Origin: Macrostomum lignano
Taxonomy: Eukaryota
Length of the DNA: 64,000 bases
Assembly: GCA_002269645.1 (NCBI GenBank)
Contig: NIVC01000460.1
Location: 186,001-250,000, forward strand
Direction of reading: 5' to 3'
A program made the position numbers and the translations under genes. Shown here in pieces: positions 26,551 to 40,553 of this stretch; position 1 is the stretch's first letter; every line of letters begins with the position of its first letter. The notes under the pieces were generated by a model. The model was given only the letters and a program-made list of their open reading frames with translations. It did not search any database and had not been told where the DNA came from.

Positions 26551-27406
26551 CTGGAGATTTTAAATAGATCTATCAGCATTCCACTTGTCCGGTACTCTGA
26601 TTGATCTCAACTAGCAATTTAGGCACCGTTTAGGCATGGCTGGAGCTGCGAGTCTGCAATTGCAAAGCAGGGCTGCAAGCAGAATTTACAAGCTTGGATG
26701 CAGTAAAAGCATTTAAATGTATTTTTTTCTGGAATTAAAATACGAGTACTTTTCCTCCAAAAAACACAATTTATTTGTAGAACTATCAATTAAACAGATC
26801 AATTAATCTTGTCGCTAATTCATCACGGCATCATTCTGAGAGCTGCATCCTCATTGAAGCACTACAAATAAATTTTAATGTTGCTTCTCAGTTGAGCACA
26901 GCACTACACAAAGAGTCGCTGCATGCAGTCAGTTGAGTATTTTTTCTAAATTCATCCGCCTGAGTGGAGTGTTGAGTGCACGGTGTAGGCAGTTTTTCTC
27001 TCTGCTGAAAAATTGTGATTCACCCTCCATCAGGCTGCTCACAGCTGCAAAATCGGACGCACGGGCTTTGAAGGAATTGAAAGAAAGATGGTTTTGTTGG
27101 GATCAGATCCTTGCGTGTGTACAATGATTTTCTTTCTGTTGTGTGCGATTTCACAGGGTCCGTGGGCATTGGTTAACTGACTGACTTGACTGATTTTTTA
27201 CAATCACTTAGAATGCATCAAAGTTATTAAAATGATTATTGATTCCCAAAAATCACACAACAGAATATAACTGAATCAGCGAATAAAAGTGACTCAGCGA
27301 CATCGGGATAAAAACTTTATGATCTTGCTAATTAAACAAATAATCTCGAAAATAACCCGAATAATCTTGATGGCTAACATAATCTGATAAGGACTGACAT
27401 CATCAT

Positions 27407-28175
27407 GATAATCACTTAACAGAATCTTGACATTAACTTTAAAGAATCTTTAAAATGGCAAGACACAATCTTGATGATGGCTCATCGGAATCCTAATAGT
27501 GACTCAATGGAAACTTGATGATGGCTCAAGGAATCTTGATTGATGACTAAATTGAATCTTGATAGTGACTCAAAGGAAACTTGATGGCTCAACATAATCT
27601 GATGCTGGCTCAACAAAATCTTGATGATGCCCCAATAGAATCTTGATTGATGACTAAACGGAATCTTGATAGTGACTCAAAGGAAGCTTGATGACTAAAC
27701 GGAATCTTGATAGTGACTCAAAGGAAACTTGATAGCTCAACATAATCTGATAGTGACTCAAAGGAAACTTGATAGCTCAACATAATCTGATAATGGCTCA
27801 ACAAAATCTTGATGATGCCCAAATAGAATCTTGATTGATGACTAAACGGAATCTTGATGGTGACTCAATGGAAATTTAATGATGTCTCGATGGAACTTCG
27901 GTGATGACTCAACAGAATCTTAATTATATCTAAACGGAATCTTGATAGTGACTCAATGGAAACTTAACGATGGCTCAACATAATCTTGATGATGTCCCAA
28001 TAGAATCTTGATTGATGACTAAACGGAATTTGATGTCTCGATGGAACTTCAGTGGTGACTCAACAGAATCTTAATTATATCTAAACGGAATCTTGATAGT
28101 GACTCAACGGAAACTTAATGATGTCTCAATCGAAACTTGATGATGGCTCAACGGAATCTCGACAGTTATAATCGA
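27407..28175. repeat. Degenerate ~21-bp array (gatgactcaacggaatctt), copy 2
   Basis: Same unit family and same terminal motif (ggaatct.gacagttataatc) as 25150-25605. Confidence 0.8.
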
Positions 28176-31100
28176 ATCTTGCTTATAACCTTGATAATTA
28201 ATATTGATGTTCGCTCATGTATATACTCACTTCACTATAACTGTGCTTGTGTATCATTGTTTTTTTATTAACGTCAAAAATACATGGAAATCAGATAGAT
28301 CCATACATTGAGGCAAACGCTTTTATAAACCATTCAGGTAAGAATTAAGCCATCTAAAAAAGTAAAAAAGTGTAAAAAGCCCCCGATTTCCATCAATCGA
28401 AACCAACTCATTGTAGCATAGAGGAAGTAATGAATTAATCAACTTCATCGAAATTCACTGAGAGTATTATTAGCCACTTAACTGTGTCCCAAGGTTCTAA
28501 AGTCCTCCACTTCCACTAGAAGAAGTTGCCTCATCCTTTAGCATCCGCTTCTGGCTCTCTAGAGAAAAAAATGAATGACTGACTCTGTCAGGGGAAACAA
28601 TGCGCTATTCCAATTGCCGCCATCGAGTGGGGGGGGACTTCCTAACACAAAGGCTGTACTCACTCAAGCCCCTCCAGCAGATGCGCCCCACTCAAAGCAT
28701 CCTGTTTGCCGACTAAATTTGAAAGAGAGCTGTCCATTTTGTCATTGTTTTCTACCTTCCTGTTGGACCTCTACTCGTATGAAAGGGGGGGGGGGCAATT
28801 CATGTTTTATAGTAGCCATGCTTTTCTTAGAATATCGGCATAAAATAAATAGCCCTTTCTTAGAATCTTTTCATTCGAGTAGATGAACGACTTCTAAAAA
28901 AATTGCTCTGGATTATTAACAGCTTTTTTACAATATTAGCCTATAGATACCTGAAGTTCTTCCTTACAATTTAATTTATCGCGAAAAATGTAGGATCAGA
29001 TTCTATGCTTAATCTTCCCCTATAACTAACTTTTTGTAACTGGAGTCGGTTTTTTTAATCATTAGACCATTTAACCTGACTGGGAATATTGCCCTAAAAC
29101 CTCGTAATTAACCGCTTCTTTTTTGGAATCTCGATCTAGAAAATTCATATTTCTGAGAAACTTCTCCTAGATATAGCGTTTCTTAGAATCTTGCTTTTTG
29201 TCCATTTGTCGTTTTATAGAAATCTTATTTTTATGATATCATCTAACCAGAGATTTGATTCTTACCAAGATTACATGTATCTGTCATACGAGATCGAACC
29301 AGTGAACCTTATTCAACTCGCAAGGGATATTCTTGACAATTTCTCTTGAAGCATAACTTATTGACCAAACCCCAGTGTGTATGAAAAAAGCACAGAAAAT
29401 CCCCAAGCTAGGGGGCCTAACACTTGGCAGCCGTGCACCAAGTCATCAAAGAAATTTATTTTCGCAAGAGCGCCCGACAGCAGAGCACAGCAAGGAAATG
29501 AGCAGATGGAGCTATCTGTGCATCTATCATGACAGGAAGTCTATCCCTGAATATCTATTTGGGAAGCAGCTAATCCCAAATCCCTAATGTAGGTGGGATT
29601 TCCAATCCCGGCCCCCTAATTCCTGTTGCTGATTGAGAATGAGGTTTCGAGGCGAAGGATGTGGAGGAGGGTCGAGGAGAGAGCTAGCTGAGATCCCATC
29701 TGTTTTTCATTTTCCCCGTGATCTTAAATGAACTTCTTTCTTCCTTTTCTACAGCGATCGGGTCCCAATTCTTGCTAAGCGTGTGTGTGTGAACAGATCT
29801 AACCGTTTGTAAATAACTTCTCTATCAAACTTAAGACGCTTGATTCAAAATATTATTGTCGGTTGATAAACCTTTTTGAGTCGATTTTTCGAAAATAATT
29901 TATTGAACAGGAACTCATGATTATATTGACTTTTAAACTTCCAAACCGTCAAATTCTGGGTGCCACCTTGAGTATACAGCACAGGGGTGTGACACTCAGT
30001 GTGACACATAGTTCGCTGTTATACGTCTTACACTATAAGCTGCGCTGCTCTAAAAAACGCTGGAAGAATTTAGATTAGGCATGCAGTGACTTCATCTCAA
30101 CCGATTCTGTATTGTTTTTTATTTCTACTTTTTATCTCTTCTGTCTCTATTACTTACAGATGTATTGCAATTTAAGAATAGCTTAGTTATAAGTAAATAG
30201 CATCAAATCCAAATCTGCAGAATCCATCGATCTTATCATCAATGAAAGCAGTCTAAAACCTAGAGCCAGCTGTAGAGACCCATGCTGTGCTTTGTTTTAA
30301 TCTAATTTTTCTGCACCAATTCTGACGCACAGGGCGCGCCGGTAGTGCAGTGCTTTTCAAACAAATCAAGTTGGTCAGTGGCGCGTACTAAACTTAGTCA
30401 CTACTGATCACACTCGCCAAAATTAAATATCTATATCTGTGTATGAAATTGAACCGGAAAGATTCCGCATGATTCCCTATGATTTGAAAGTCACCCTTGA
30501 TATTGTACGCTTACTTTACGACTTATCTAAAAAAAGGTTTGTTATAACTAGAAAAGCGTATTTTCTAGAAAAGAAATTGTAAACACTAAAGAAAAGAATT
30601 AATTCTAAACGATGCTTCTGTTTTTTATTAACAGTAACTACGAGTATGAGTCAATAGCCGAGCCAATAATAGCATAGCAAAAATATATAGTAGGCAATAA
30701 GTTGACTTGAATTTCCGGAACGCTCGAATCTGTATCTTTTGTAGTATTCGTTTTATAAGATATTGACTCAATCGATTAGTAATAAGCTAAAGTAAAAAAA
30801 ATCATTCATTAACTAAATGACTTAAAACAACAAAAATACTTTCAAGAGTCTATTAGACTTGTTTGCACAAACATTCACAACGGCTATGCATTTAAAAAGT
30901 TTATTGAAAATTAAATTTATTCAAGTAAGCAGCGCCAATATTTTCCTGGACAACAAAGTTACAAAAAAAGGTTCGGAAACTAACCATGGCTTGTAATGGA
31001 CTGTACTTTTATTCAGAAGTGTTTTAAATATGCTCGTACAAAAAATTCAACTATATAACAAAAGCGACAGAAAATGCATGAATCCGTTTAAGCATGAAAT

Positions 31101-31309
31101 TTCGATTGATTTACAGTCTCAAATTGTTTAATTAAAATGATGGCACTTTTTAGCAAGATGTTTGCGTCAGAAAAGTACATAAAAAATATCCAAGGTATTA
31201 AGCATCAATTTCAATAGGTATCTTAATTATCAATCTCAAACAGTCTGACGCACCTTAGGGTCCTTCAACGCGAGTGAATAATTTACTGACATTCAGGCGG
31301 CTCGGGTGG

Positions 31310-33813
31310 CTATACAAAAGAAGAACTGAACAAATTTATCGTTTTTGAATGCTGCTGATGACGCTGCGATGGAGTCTGCTGCTGCTTCTTGCACAGCTGC
31401 CGGGTCTCGCGGCGGTCAACTTGCAGACTGCCGCATCTTCGCCAGTTTGGCGTTGATGCTGTCGACTTCTGCTGCTGCAACAGTTGGTAGCTGTGCCTGT
31501 CTGAGAGAGTTTCCATCGCCTGATAGTCCTCTAGAAGACGAGAATCCGACTCGGCAGGGCATCGCTGCTGCTGCTGCTGCTGCCAGATTTCTGTAGGGTA
31601 GCTGCAGTCCTCGCTGGCCGGAATTCGGCAGTCTGCGGATCGGTCGAGGAGGCGCGGAGTCCACTTGTGGCCTTTTGCTGGATGTTTAGTTGGGGCGGTA
31701 CATGTGGAAAGGAGTTCAGAAAGTACTTGGCAGACTGAGGTTCTCAGCGTTCAGCTAGAGATGAGAGATAATGTAGAGAAAGACTCCTTGAAAGACACCC
31801 TACAAAAAGACAAAGGACACTCACACATGTTGGCTTCTCCGCTACCAACTGACGGCCTCATGGTTTTGACTTGATGCGGAGTGCCATGCGGCATCTGCTG
31901 GCCTGAGTAGTGCTCCTCCATCACCGCTGACTGAGGCATCGGCAGTGTGGTGAATCTCTGCAAATGAGTCAGTGTTTGTGTCAGATCTATCGATCGGTCG
32001 TCAATCTATCGATTTTGGCCCTGATTCTTTCCCGGCAAGTTTCAAATGTTGCAGCAACATTCGTTAACAATTGGCTATTTCTTTACCCTGGGTGTCAATC
32101 TAAATGGGAGAAATTTGAGAAGCATATTTTGCTATGGCTGAGTTCCATTTGCGTGAGAGCCGGTGCAGCTGTGCATTTTCAACTGTGTATTGGCGAAATT
32201 GGATACCGCATGCAGGACAGTGAAGTGATGCGCACAAAGGTCTTGAATCAAGGCTTTATTTAAGCACATTTTAATTCAAAAATTCTGTTTTATAATTTTG
32301 TAAGGAATACAATATTATTGTAGCCATATTCAACACTTTGCCTGGCTTTGCAACCTCAATTCTTTTTTATGAGTGCACTTCCAAGCACGTGTGTTTATCT
32401 CTTGATGTTTGACTAGTTTAAATATTTACTGATGGAATTGCGATTTTATCCGTTGACAAAACAGACTTTTGTGACACTTTTGCCAGAGTAAGAGAGGAAA
32501 AGTCAGACAAGGAGAAGTTCAAAGGAAGAGAGTCAGAAAAGAAGAGAGTCACGAGAGAGCATGGAGAGAATCAGACGGAGTTAGTCAGAGAGGAAGAGAG
32601 TCAGACAAGGAGAGAGTCAGACAGGAAGAGAGTTGGACAGGGAGATAGACAGGGAGAGAGTCAGACAGAAAGAGAGTCAGACAGGAAGAGAGTCAGATAG
32701 GAAGAGAGTCAGACAGAAAGAGAGTCAGACAGAAAGAGAGTCAGATAGGAAGAGAGTCAGACAAGAAGAGAGTCAGACAGGAAGAGAGTCAGACAGGAAG
32801 AGAGTCAGACAAAGAGTCAGACAGGGAGAGTCGGTGGAGAGTCAGAGAAGAAGGTAGAGAGCTAGCAGGGACAGTGATGAGGATATAAAATCAACATAAC
32901 AAAGGGGTTTGAGTGGGAAAGTAGGCACATGACTTGCAATACAATAGCATCAATTCGGGTAAGTGTCTTTGATGTCGTGTTTGAATACACGAAACTTGCC
33001 CGTAAAACAACTCAAGACCACACACCAAAGAAACGCACGCACTGACACAACCGTCAAGTAGCATTTTAACGGGAGAGATCTGTGTTTGCACAGTTTGCAT
33101 TTCTGTTCTTCATACTCTCGTCCCACCCGTGGGAATTGAGAAATTGTTGCTCCCCTCAAAAGACGGATCGAGAGCGCTGGTGGCTGACTGCATGGCTCTT
33201 TGCTCGCGGGTGAAATTCTGAGAGGCTTTCTCAAGTGGGATCTTCTGCTTCTTTTGTGGGGAGGAGGGTTAAAAATGCCCGCCATGCGCAGGCTCCGGGG
33301 AGAAGGGGGTCATCCATCAGTGGCTCAATGCCGTTCTTAATTCTCCCCGCTTAATCCCGGCGTTTCATATTTGTTTCAGAGGCTGCAGGGCTGGGATTTT
33401 TTATCGCTCTATGAGTAATCGGTGCTGGACGACTCTGAACTTATAGTTTGAGCATTCCAGACTCCATGGATTTATGTGTAACATCATGCCAGCTCTGGTA
33501 GGGGTGGAAGAGTCAACTTCTAAAAGAAGACATTATATCCTAAAAGAAAATATTGCCAGATGCACAGATTAAAAAGTTCAAGATTTAGGTTTGATCGCTA
33601 GAGCAATCTTTTAGGAATAAAGCAATAACATGATCCAGATAAACAGATAATGTGTGGGATAGGAGTGCCTTAATGTCATCATTTAGAGTCTTAAAATGGT
33701 ACACCTCAGACTCAAAATGGCACACACACACACACACACCTCAGACTCAAAAGGACACACACACACACACCTCAGACTCAAAATGACACACACACACACC
33801 TCAGACTCAAAAT

Positions 33814-33856
<43 letters not shown>

Positions 33857-34182
33857 CAGACTCAAAATTACACACACACACCTCAGACTCAAAATGACAC
33901 ACACACACACACACACACCTCAGACTCAAAATGACACACACACACACACACACACACACCTCAGACTCAAAAGGACACACACACACACACCTCAGACTCA
34001 AAATGACACACACACACACCTCAGACTCAAAATGACACACACACACCTCAGACTCAAAATGGCACACACACACACCTCAGACTCAAAATGACACACACAC
34101 ACCTCAGACTCAAAATGACACACACACACACACACACACACCTCAGACTCAAAATTACACACACACACCTCAGACTCAAAAT

Positions 34183-34233
<51 letters not shown>

Positions 34234-34364
34234 CAGACTCAAAAGGACACACACACACACCTCAGACTCAAAATGACACACACACACACACACACCTCAG
34301 ACTCAAAAGGACACACACACACACCTCAGACTCAAAAGGACACACACACACCTCAGACTCAAAA

Positions 34365-34410
<46 letters not shown>

Positions 34411-37400
34411 ACACCTCCAAATGACACGCACCTCAAACGCACTAGGAATCCAGCAGGGCTGGTTGCTTTGCAAATCGTCTCACCTTCAAGCTCATGCCAG
34501 ACTGCCCGTCAATGCTGTCAGATCTGTTTTTAGCAGCAGTTGCCATGGACTGTGTGTGCCGCTGGCCTCTTTGCTGTTGCTGTTGCTGCTGCTGCTGCTG
34601 TTGAGAAGATCTTCTCATCCTCAACCACAACAGCCCGACCAGAAACACCACAGCCAGAAGAGCCCCCAGCAAAGCCAGACAGACAATTAGAATTAAGCTT
34701 TTCTGGTACTGCTGCTGCTGCTGCTGCTGGTTGAACCGCCTGTCACTGTCCGAACGACCTCCACCGGCGAGGTCGAAGCGGCCTCGACCTGCCAGTTCGC
34801 TGCCGGAGTCGGTCGGCAGAGCCGGCAGCTGCCGTACGGCCACAGTGAGAACGGCGGCCGACCTCAGCTGAGGCGAGCCGTGATCGGCAGCCTCGATGAT
34901 CAGCGGGTAGCGGCCGCAGTTGGCTATGCTCAACTGCCTGGCCAGGGTGAGCTGTCCCGTGTCCGGGTGCAGGCTGAACAGACCGGCACTGTTGCCGCCC
35001 AGAAGGCGGAACTGGACCCTTGAATTGGACGTCTCCTCGTCAGCGTCTTTAGCCTGAAGGTCGGCCACTGGCGCCCCGGCAGCGTTGAAACAGGAGGTGT
35101 CCACGATCGTGGTGTTGTCGGAATTTGGGTAGATGAATCTTGGCGGATTGTCGTTCAGGTCAGTCACCTGCAGTTGTGCGGTTGCTAAGGCTTCAAAAAA
35201 TTGTGCGTAAGACGCAGAGGCATCCTAGGATACAAAATGGCATCGGATGTTTCAAAATGGCACACTACGATTCAAAATGGCGTTCCATGATTCAAAATGA
35301 CACTCAGTGGTTCGAAATGGCATTCCATGATTCAAAATGGCACCTGATGATTCAAAATGGCACCCATGATTCAAAATGGCACCCAGTGATTCAAAATGAC
35401 ACCCAGTGATTCAAAATGGTACTCTATGATTCAAAATGGCACTCAGTAATTCAAAATGACACCCAGTGATTCAAAATGGTACTCTATGATTCAAAATGGC
35501 ACCCAGTGATTCAAAATGGCATGTCATGATATTCAAAATGACACTCCAAGAAACAAATTCGCATCCATGGGATAACAAAGTGGCACCACCTGAATATTGA
35601 GTAACAACTCTGAATAAAATCTTTCTTTCAGAAACTCTTAAAAGTTCAAACATCCACTATTGCCACAGCCGCTACCCTACACCAGCTCTCGAATATTGGC
35701 TGGGTGTCCACTTGCATGCACCGAGCACACGCACAAAAAAAGTTTTCATTCCCTCATCGTCCACCCAGACTCCCTCCGTCTCCCCGGCATCACTCGTACT
35801 AACTCTGGAGCTCTCGCAGAATTTTATCAATTTTGCCAAGGCGTCTGCCTTCAGACTTGCTGTGAGAATCCTCACTTGCAGAGAGAACATATGAAGGCAT
35901 GAATTAAGTGGCAACCGCACATGCTTGGAATAGATTAACTGTCCCCGGGCTGACAGCTTTTTGCTTCTTCTAGGAGAGACAGGATTCGGCGGAAAAATTT
36001 CAATTTTGCCGCCTCTCTGAGCCGGTTAACTCCGGGGTCAAGAGCGACAGTTGAGGACAGCTCGGTTATCTGCTTGGTGACACAAATTGACAGAAATTAT
36101 CGACTGAGCTTTCCTGGGGCTGAGTATTTTTTGGAATTGTTGGTTTAAGAGAGAGGCGAGTTTGGTGAAGCACCTTCGAGGAAGCTGAAGGATTTGAAGA
36201 GTGATAACCAGTGAGACTGAAGAGTCTGAAGGATCAGGGGATGGTAACTAAGCCTGAAGGATCAGAAGGATCAGGGAGAGGATGGCAACTAAGCCTGAAG
36301 GATCTGAAGGATCAGGGAGAGGATGGTAACTAAGCCTGAAGGATCAGAAGGATCAGGGAGAGGATGGCAACTAAGCCTGAAGGATCTGAAGGATCAGGGA
36401 GAGGATGGTAACTAAGCCTGAAGGATCAGAAGGATCAGGGAGGGGGCGGCAACTAAGCCTGAAGGATCAGAAGGATCAGGGAGAGGATGGTAACTAAGCC
36501 TGAAGGATCAGAAGGATCAGGGAGGGGGCGGCAACTAAGCCTGAAGGATCAGAAGGATCAGGGAGAGGATGGCAACTAAGCCTGAAGGATCAGAAGGATC
36601 AGGGAGAGGATGGCAACTAAGCCTGAAGGATCTGAAGGATCTGGGAGGGGATGGCAACTAAGCCTGAAGGATCTGAAGGATCAGGGAGAGGATGGCAACT
36701 AAGCCTGAAGGATCTGAAGGATCTGCGAGGGGATATGGTAACTAAGCCTGAAGGATCTGAAGGATCTGCGAGGGGATATGGTAACTAAGCCTGAAGGATC
36801 TGAAGGATCTGCGAGGGGATATGGTAACTAAGCCTGAAGTATCTGAAGGATCAGGGAGGGGATATGGTAACTAAGCCTGAAGGATCTGAAGGATCTGCGA
36901 GGGGATATGGTAACTAAGCCTGAAGTGTCTGAAGGATCTGCGAGGGGATATGGTAACTAAGCCTGAAGTATCTGAAGGATCTGCGAGGGGATATGGTAAC
37001 TAAGCCTGAAGTATCTGAAGGATCTGCGAGGGGATATGGTAACTAAGCCTGAAGGATCCCACTAAAAAACTTAACCATAGCATGTATCACCTTTTAGATA
37101 ATTATCGGGATAATTTGCCGCTAAGCATGAGTCGATGGGAGGCTGGGGGAAAGTGTGAGAAATGTGACAGACTGCCTCTCCTAAAAGCAATAATCTGGTA
37201 GATCGTGACAGATAACAGACGAACAAATTTGCAATCATAATCTCAGGTGCTGGATGAGAGACGACCCGCTAGGAAGAGCCATAGGGGTCAGCTGCCACGT
37301 GGGGCGTGACTATCCAAATGAATTGGAGGGCTGCTGGGTGTGCTTCTCAATGAGCCCAGATGCAAAAAGCCAGCAGATTCCCAATCTTCATCACCTTCTC

Positions 37401-40400
37401 TCCGCCTCTCTCTCTCTCTCTCTCTCCTCTTTTCTTCCTTCCAAGTCCCCATAAAAAGTATTTGTGATTCACTGTGGCAGGATGCGGGGAGTTGCACAGG
37501 AGCTTCCTACTGAGCAGTCTAAAGAATCTGCATTGAATTGGGGGCAAGGCCTCAGTTGGGGGGTACTGAAAAATCCTATCACGAAGAGTTAGCTATGGGA
37601 TTTAATAACAGCGTACAATTATTGCAAACTGTGTGCCAAGTTGTACACTTGTACACCACATGGTATACAAAATTGCAACTCAAAATTTAACAATCAGATT
37701 GAAGCCAGACTTTGTTATAATGGCCAGCTGAAAAGTTCTCTAATTTAAAATTGTCACCTCATTGATTTTTTATACACTTTTTATAAAGTTCATTCTGATA
37801 TTTCAAAGTGCTAAAGATTTACGACGACACAGACGACGCTACAGAGTCACTCATTTGGCGCCGCAGAGTCACTCATTTGGCGCGCTACAGAGTCACTCAT
37901 TTGGCGCGCTACAGTCACTCATTTGGCGCGCTACAGTCACTCATTTGGCGCCACAGAGTCACTCATTTGGCGCGCTACAGAGTCACTCATTTGGCGCGCT
38001 ACAGAGTCACTCATTTGGCGCCACAGAGTCACTCATTTGGCGCGCTACAGAGTCACTCATTTGGCGCCACAGAGTCACTCATTTGGCGCGCTACAGAGTC
38101 ACTCTTTTGGCGCCACAGAGTCACTAATTTGGTGCGCTACAGAGTCACTCATTTGGCGCCACAGAGTCACTCATTTGGCGCGCTACAGAGTCACTCATTT
38201 GGCGCCACAGAGTCACTCATTTGGCGCGCTACAGAGTCACTCATTTGGTGCGCTACAGAGTCACTCATTTGGCGCCACGGAGTCACTCATTTGGCGCCAC
38301 AGAGTCACTCATTTGGCGCGCTACATAGTCACTCATTTGGTGCGCTACAGAGTCACTCATTTGGCGCCACAGAGTCACTCATTTGGCGCCACAGAGTCAC
38401 TCATTTGGTGCGCTACAGAGTCACTCATTTGGCGCGCTACAGAGTCACTCATTTGGAGCCACAGAGTCACTCATTTGGCGCCACAGAGTCACTCATTTGG
38501 CGCCACAGAGTCACTTATTTACACACAAAAATTCGTAAATTTTCTTATCACAGGCTCAGTTCCCTTCTTTCTCCCTTCTTGACAGCCAGCAGCCGCCCGT
38601 GATGAAGCTGTCAAACTTTGCTAGCATAAAATTTTCTTAGAAAACCAGCGACTGAATCGAAAATGAGGGAAGGCTGCGTGAACTTCCGGTTCACCTTAAC
38701 GCCAGGTTGCTCAAAAAAACCCGTTACAAGATTACTATGATCTCTATAAAAGCAATTTTTTGGAGCCGTTGTCTGCCTGCTTGACAATGGTGCAGCCCTG
38801 TGCTACTTCAATTTCTAACTGCTCAACGAAATGATTAATTGGGTGCAAATGAATAAAGTCTGGTTTGTGGCCCGTCTGTCTGTCTGGTTCAAGTCGCTAA
38901 ATCTATTGTAATATTGAATCTAACCCGTTTATTAGCCCTTTCAGTTGACTTTCTGGTTAGCAAGAGGCTGTAAATCAGTTCATGAGATCATAGGTGAGTT
39001 CATGAGATCATCATGAGTGAGTTCATGAGATCCTGAGTGAGTTCATGAGATTATGCGTGAGTTCATGAGATCATCATGAGTGAGTTCATGAGATCCTGAG
39101 TGAGTTCATGAGATTATGCGTGAGTTCATGAGATCATTGGTGAGTTCGTGAGATCATAATGAGTGATTTCATGAGATCATAGGTGTAGTTCATGAGATCA
39201 TAGGTGAGTTCATAAGATTATCATGAGTGAGTTCATGAGATTATGCCTGAGTTAATGAGATCATAGGTGAGTTCGTGAGATCATCATGAGTGAGTTCGTG
39301 AGATCATCATGAGTGAGTTCATGATATCATGCGTGAGTTCATGAAATCATGAGTGAGTTCATGAGATCATAGGTGAGTTCATGATATCATGCGTGAGTTC
39401 ATGAGATCATGAGTGAGTTCATGAGATCATAGGTGAGTTCATGAGATCATAGGTGAGTTCATTAGATCATCATTAGTGAGTTCTTGAGATTATGCGTGTG
39501 CTCATGAGAACATAGGTGAGTTCATGAGATCATAGGTGGGTTCATGAGATCATAGGTGAGTTCATGAGATCATAGGTGAGTTCATTAGATCATCATTAGT
39601 GAGTTCATGAGATTATGCGTGAGTTCATGAGATCATGAGTGAGTTCTTGAGATTATGCGTGTGCTCATGAGAACATAGGTGAGTTCAGGAGATCATCATG
39701 AGTGAGGTTATGAGATCATAGGTGAGTTCATTAGATCATCATTAGTGAGTTCATGAGATTATGCGTGAGTTCATGAGATCATGAGTGAGTTCTTGAGATT
39801 ATGCGTGTGCTCATGAGAACATAGGTGAGTTCAGGAGATCATCATGAGTGAGGTTATGAGATTATGTGTGAGTTCATTAGATCATGAGTGAGTTCATGAG
39901 ATTATGCGTGAGTTCATGAGATCATGAGTGAGTGAACACCGAGCCGGTTCTCACCTTGACAACAACAGACGCGCTGCCCGACCTCCTTGGGTTGCCTCCG
40001 TCGAACGCCATCACTGTGAAGCTGTACGTCGATCTCTCCTCCCTGTCCAGCAACCGCAACGTTTTAATTTGGCCGTCGTGCCGACCGACGCTGAACACGG
40101 AGCGCAGGCTGATCTCCGCCAGGCTGTAGGTCACGTGACCGTTCGGACCTTCGTCTGGGTCGTGCGCCGTCAAGACACCCACCAGTTCGCCCGGTCGCTG
40201 CTGTTCAGCGATGCGGAACTCCAGGGGCATGTTTCTGAAGTTAGTTATTCAGTTAGTTAGTTAGTTAGTTAGTCAGTTAGTTAGTCAGTTAGTCAGTTAG
40301 TTAGTCAGTTAGTCAGTTAGTTAGTCAGTTAGTCAGTTAGTCAGTTAGTCAGTTAGTTAGTTAGTCAGTTAGTTAGTTAGTCAGTTAGTTAGTTAGTCAG

Positions 40401-40522
40401 TTAGTTAGTTAGTTAGTCAGTTAGTCAGTTAGTTAGTTAGTCAGTTAGTTAGTTAGTCAGTCAGTTAGTTAGTCAGTTAGTCAGTTAGTTAGTCAGTTAG
40501 TCAGTTAGTTAGTCAGTTAGTC

Positions 40523-40553
<31 letters not shown>

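Noticed and set aside
26640-27170. Possible decayed retroelement 3' end or CxC fragment
   Set aside because: Similarity is too vague to support a call.
31345-31664. Alternative frames for the last protocadherin exon (MDSAPPRP... frame)
   Set aside because: The phase from the preceding exon selects the frame ending SSSFV*; the alternative would need a different upstream splice.
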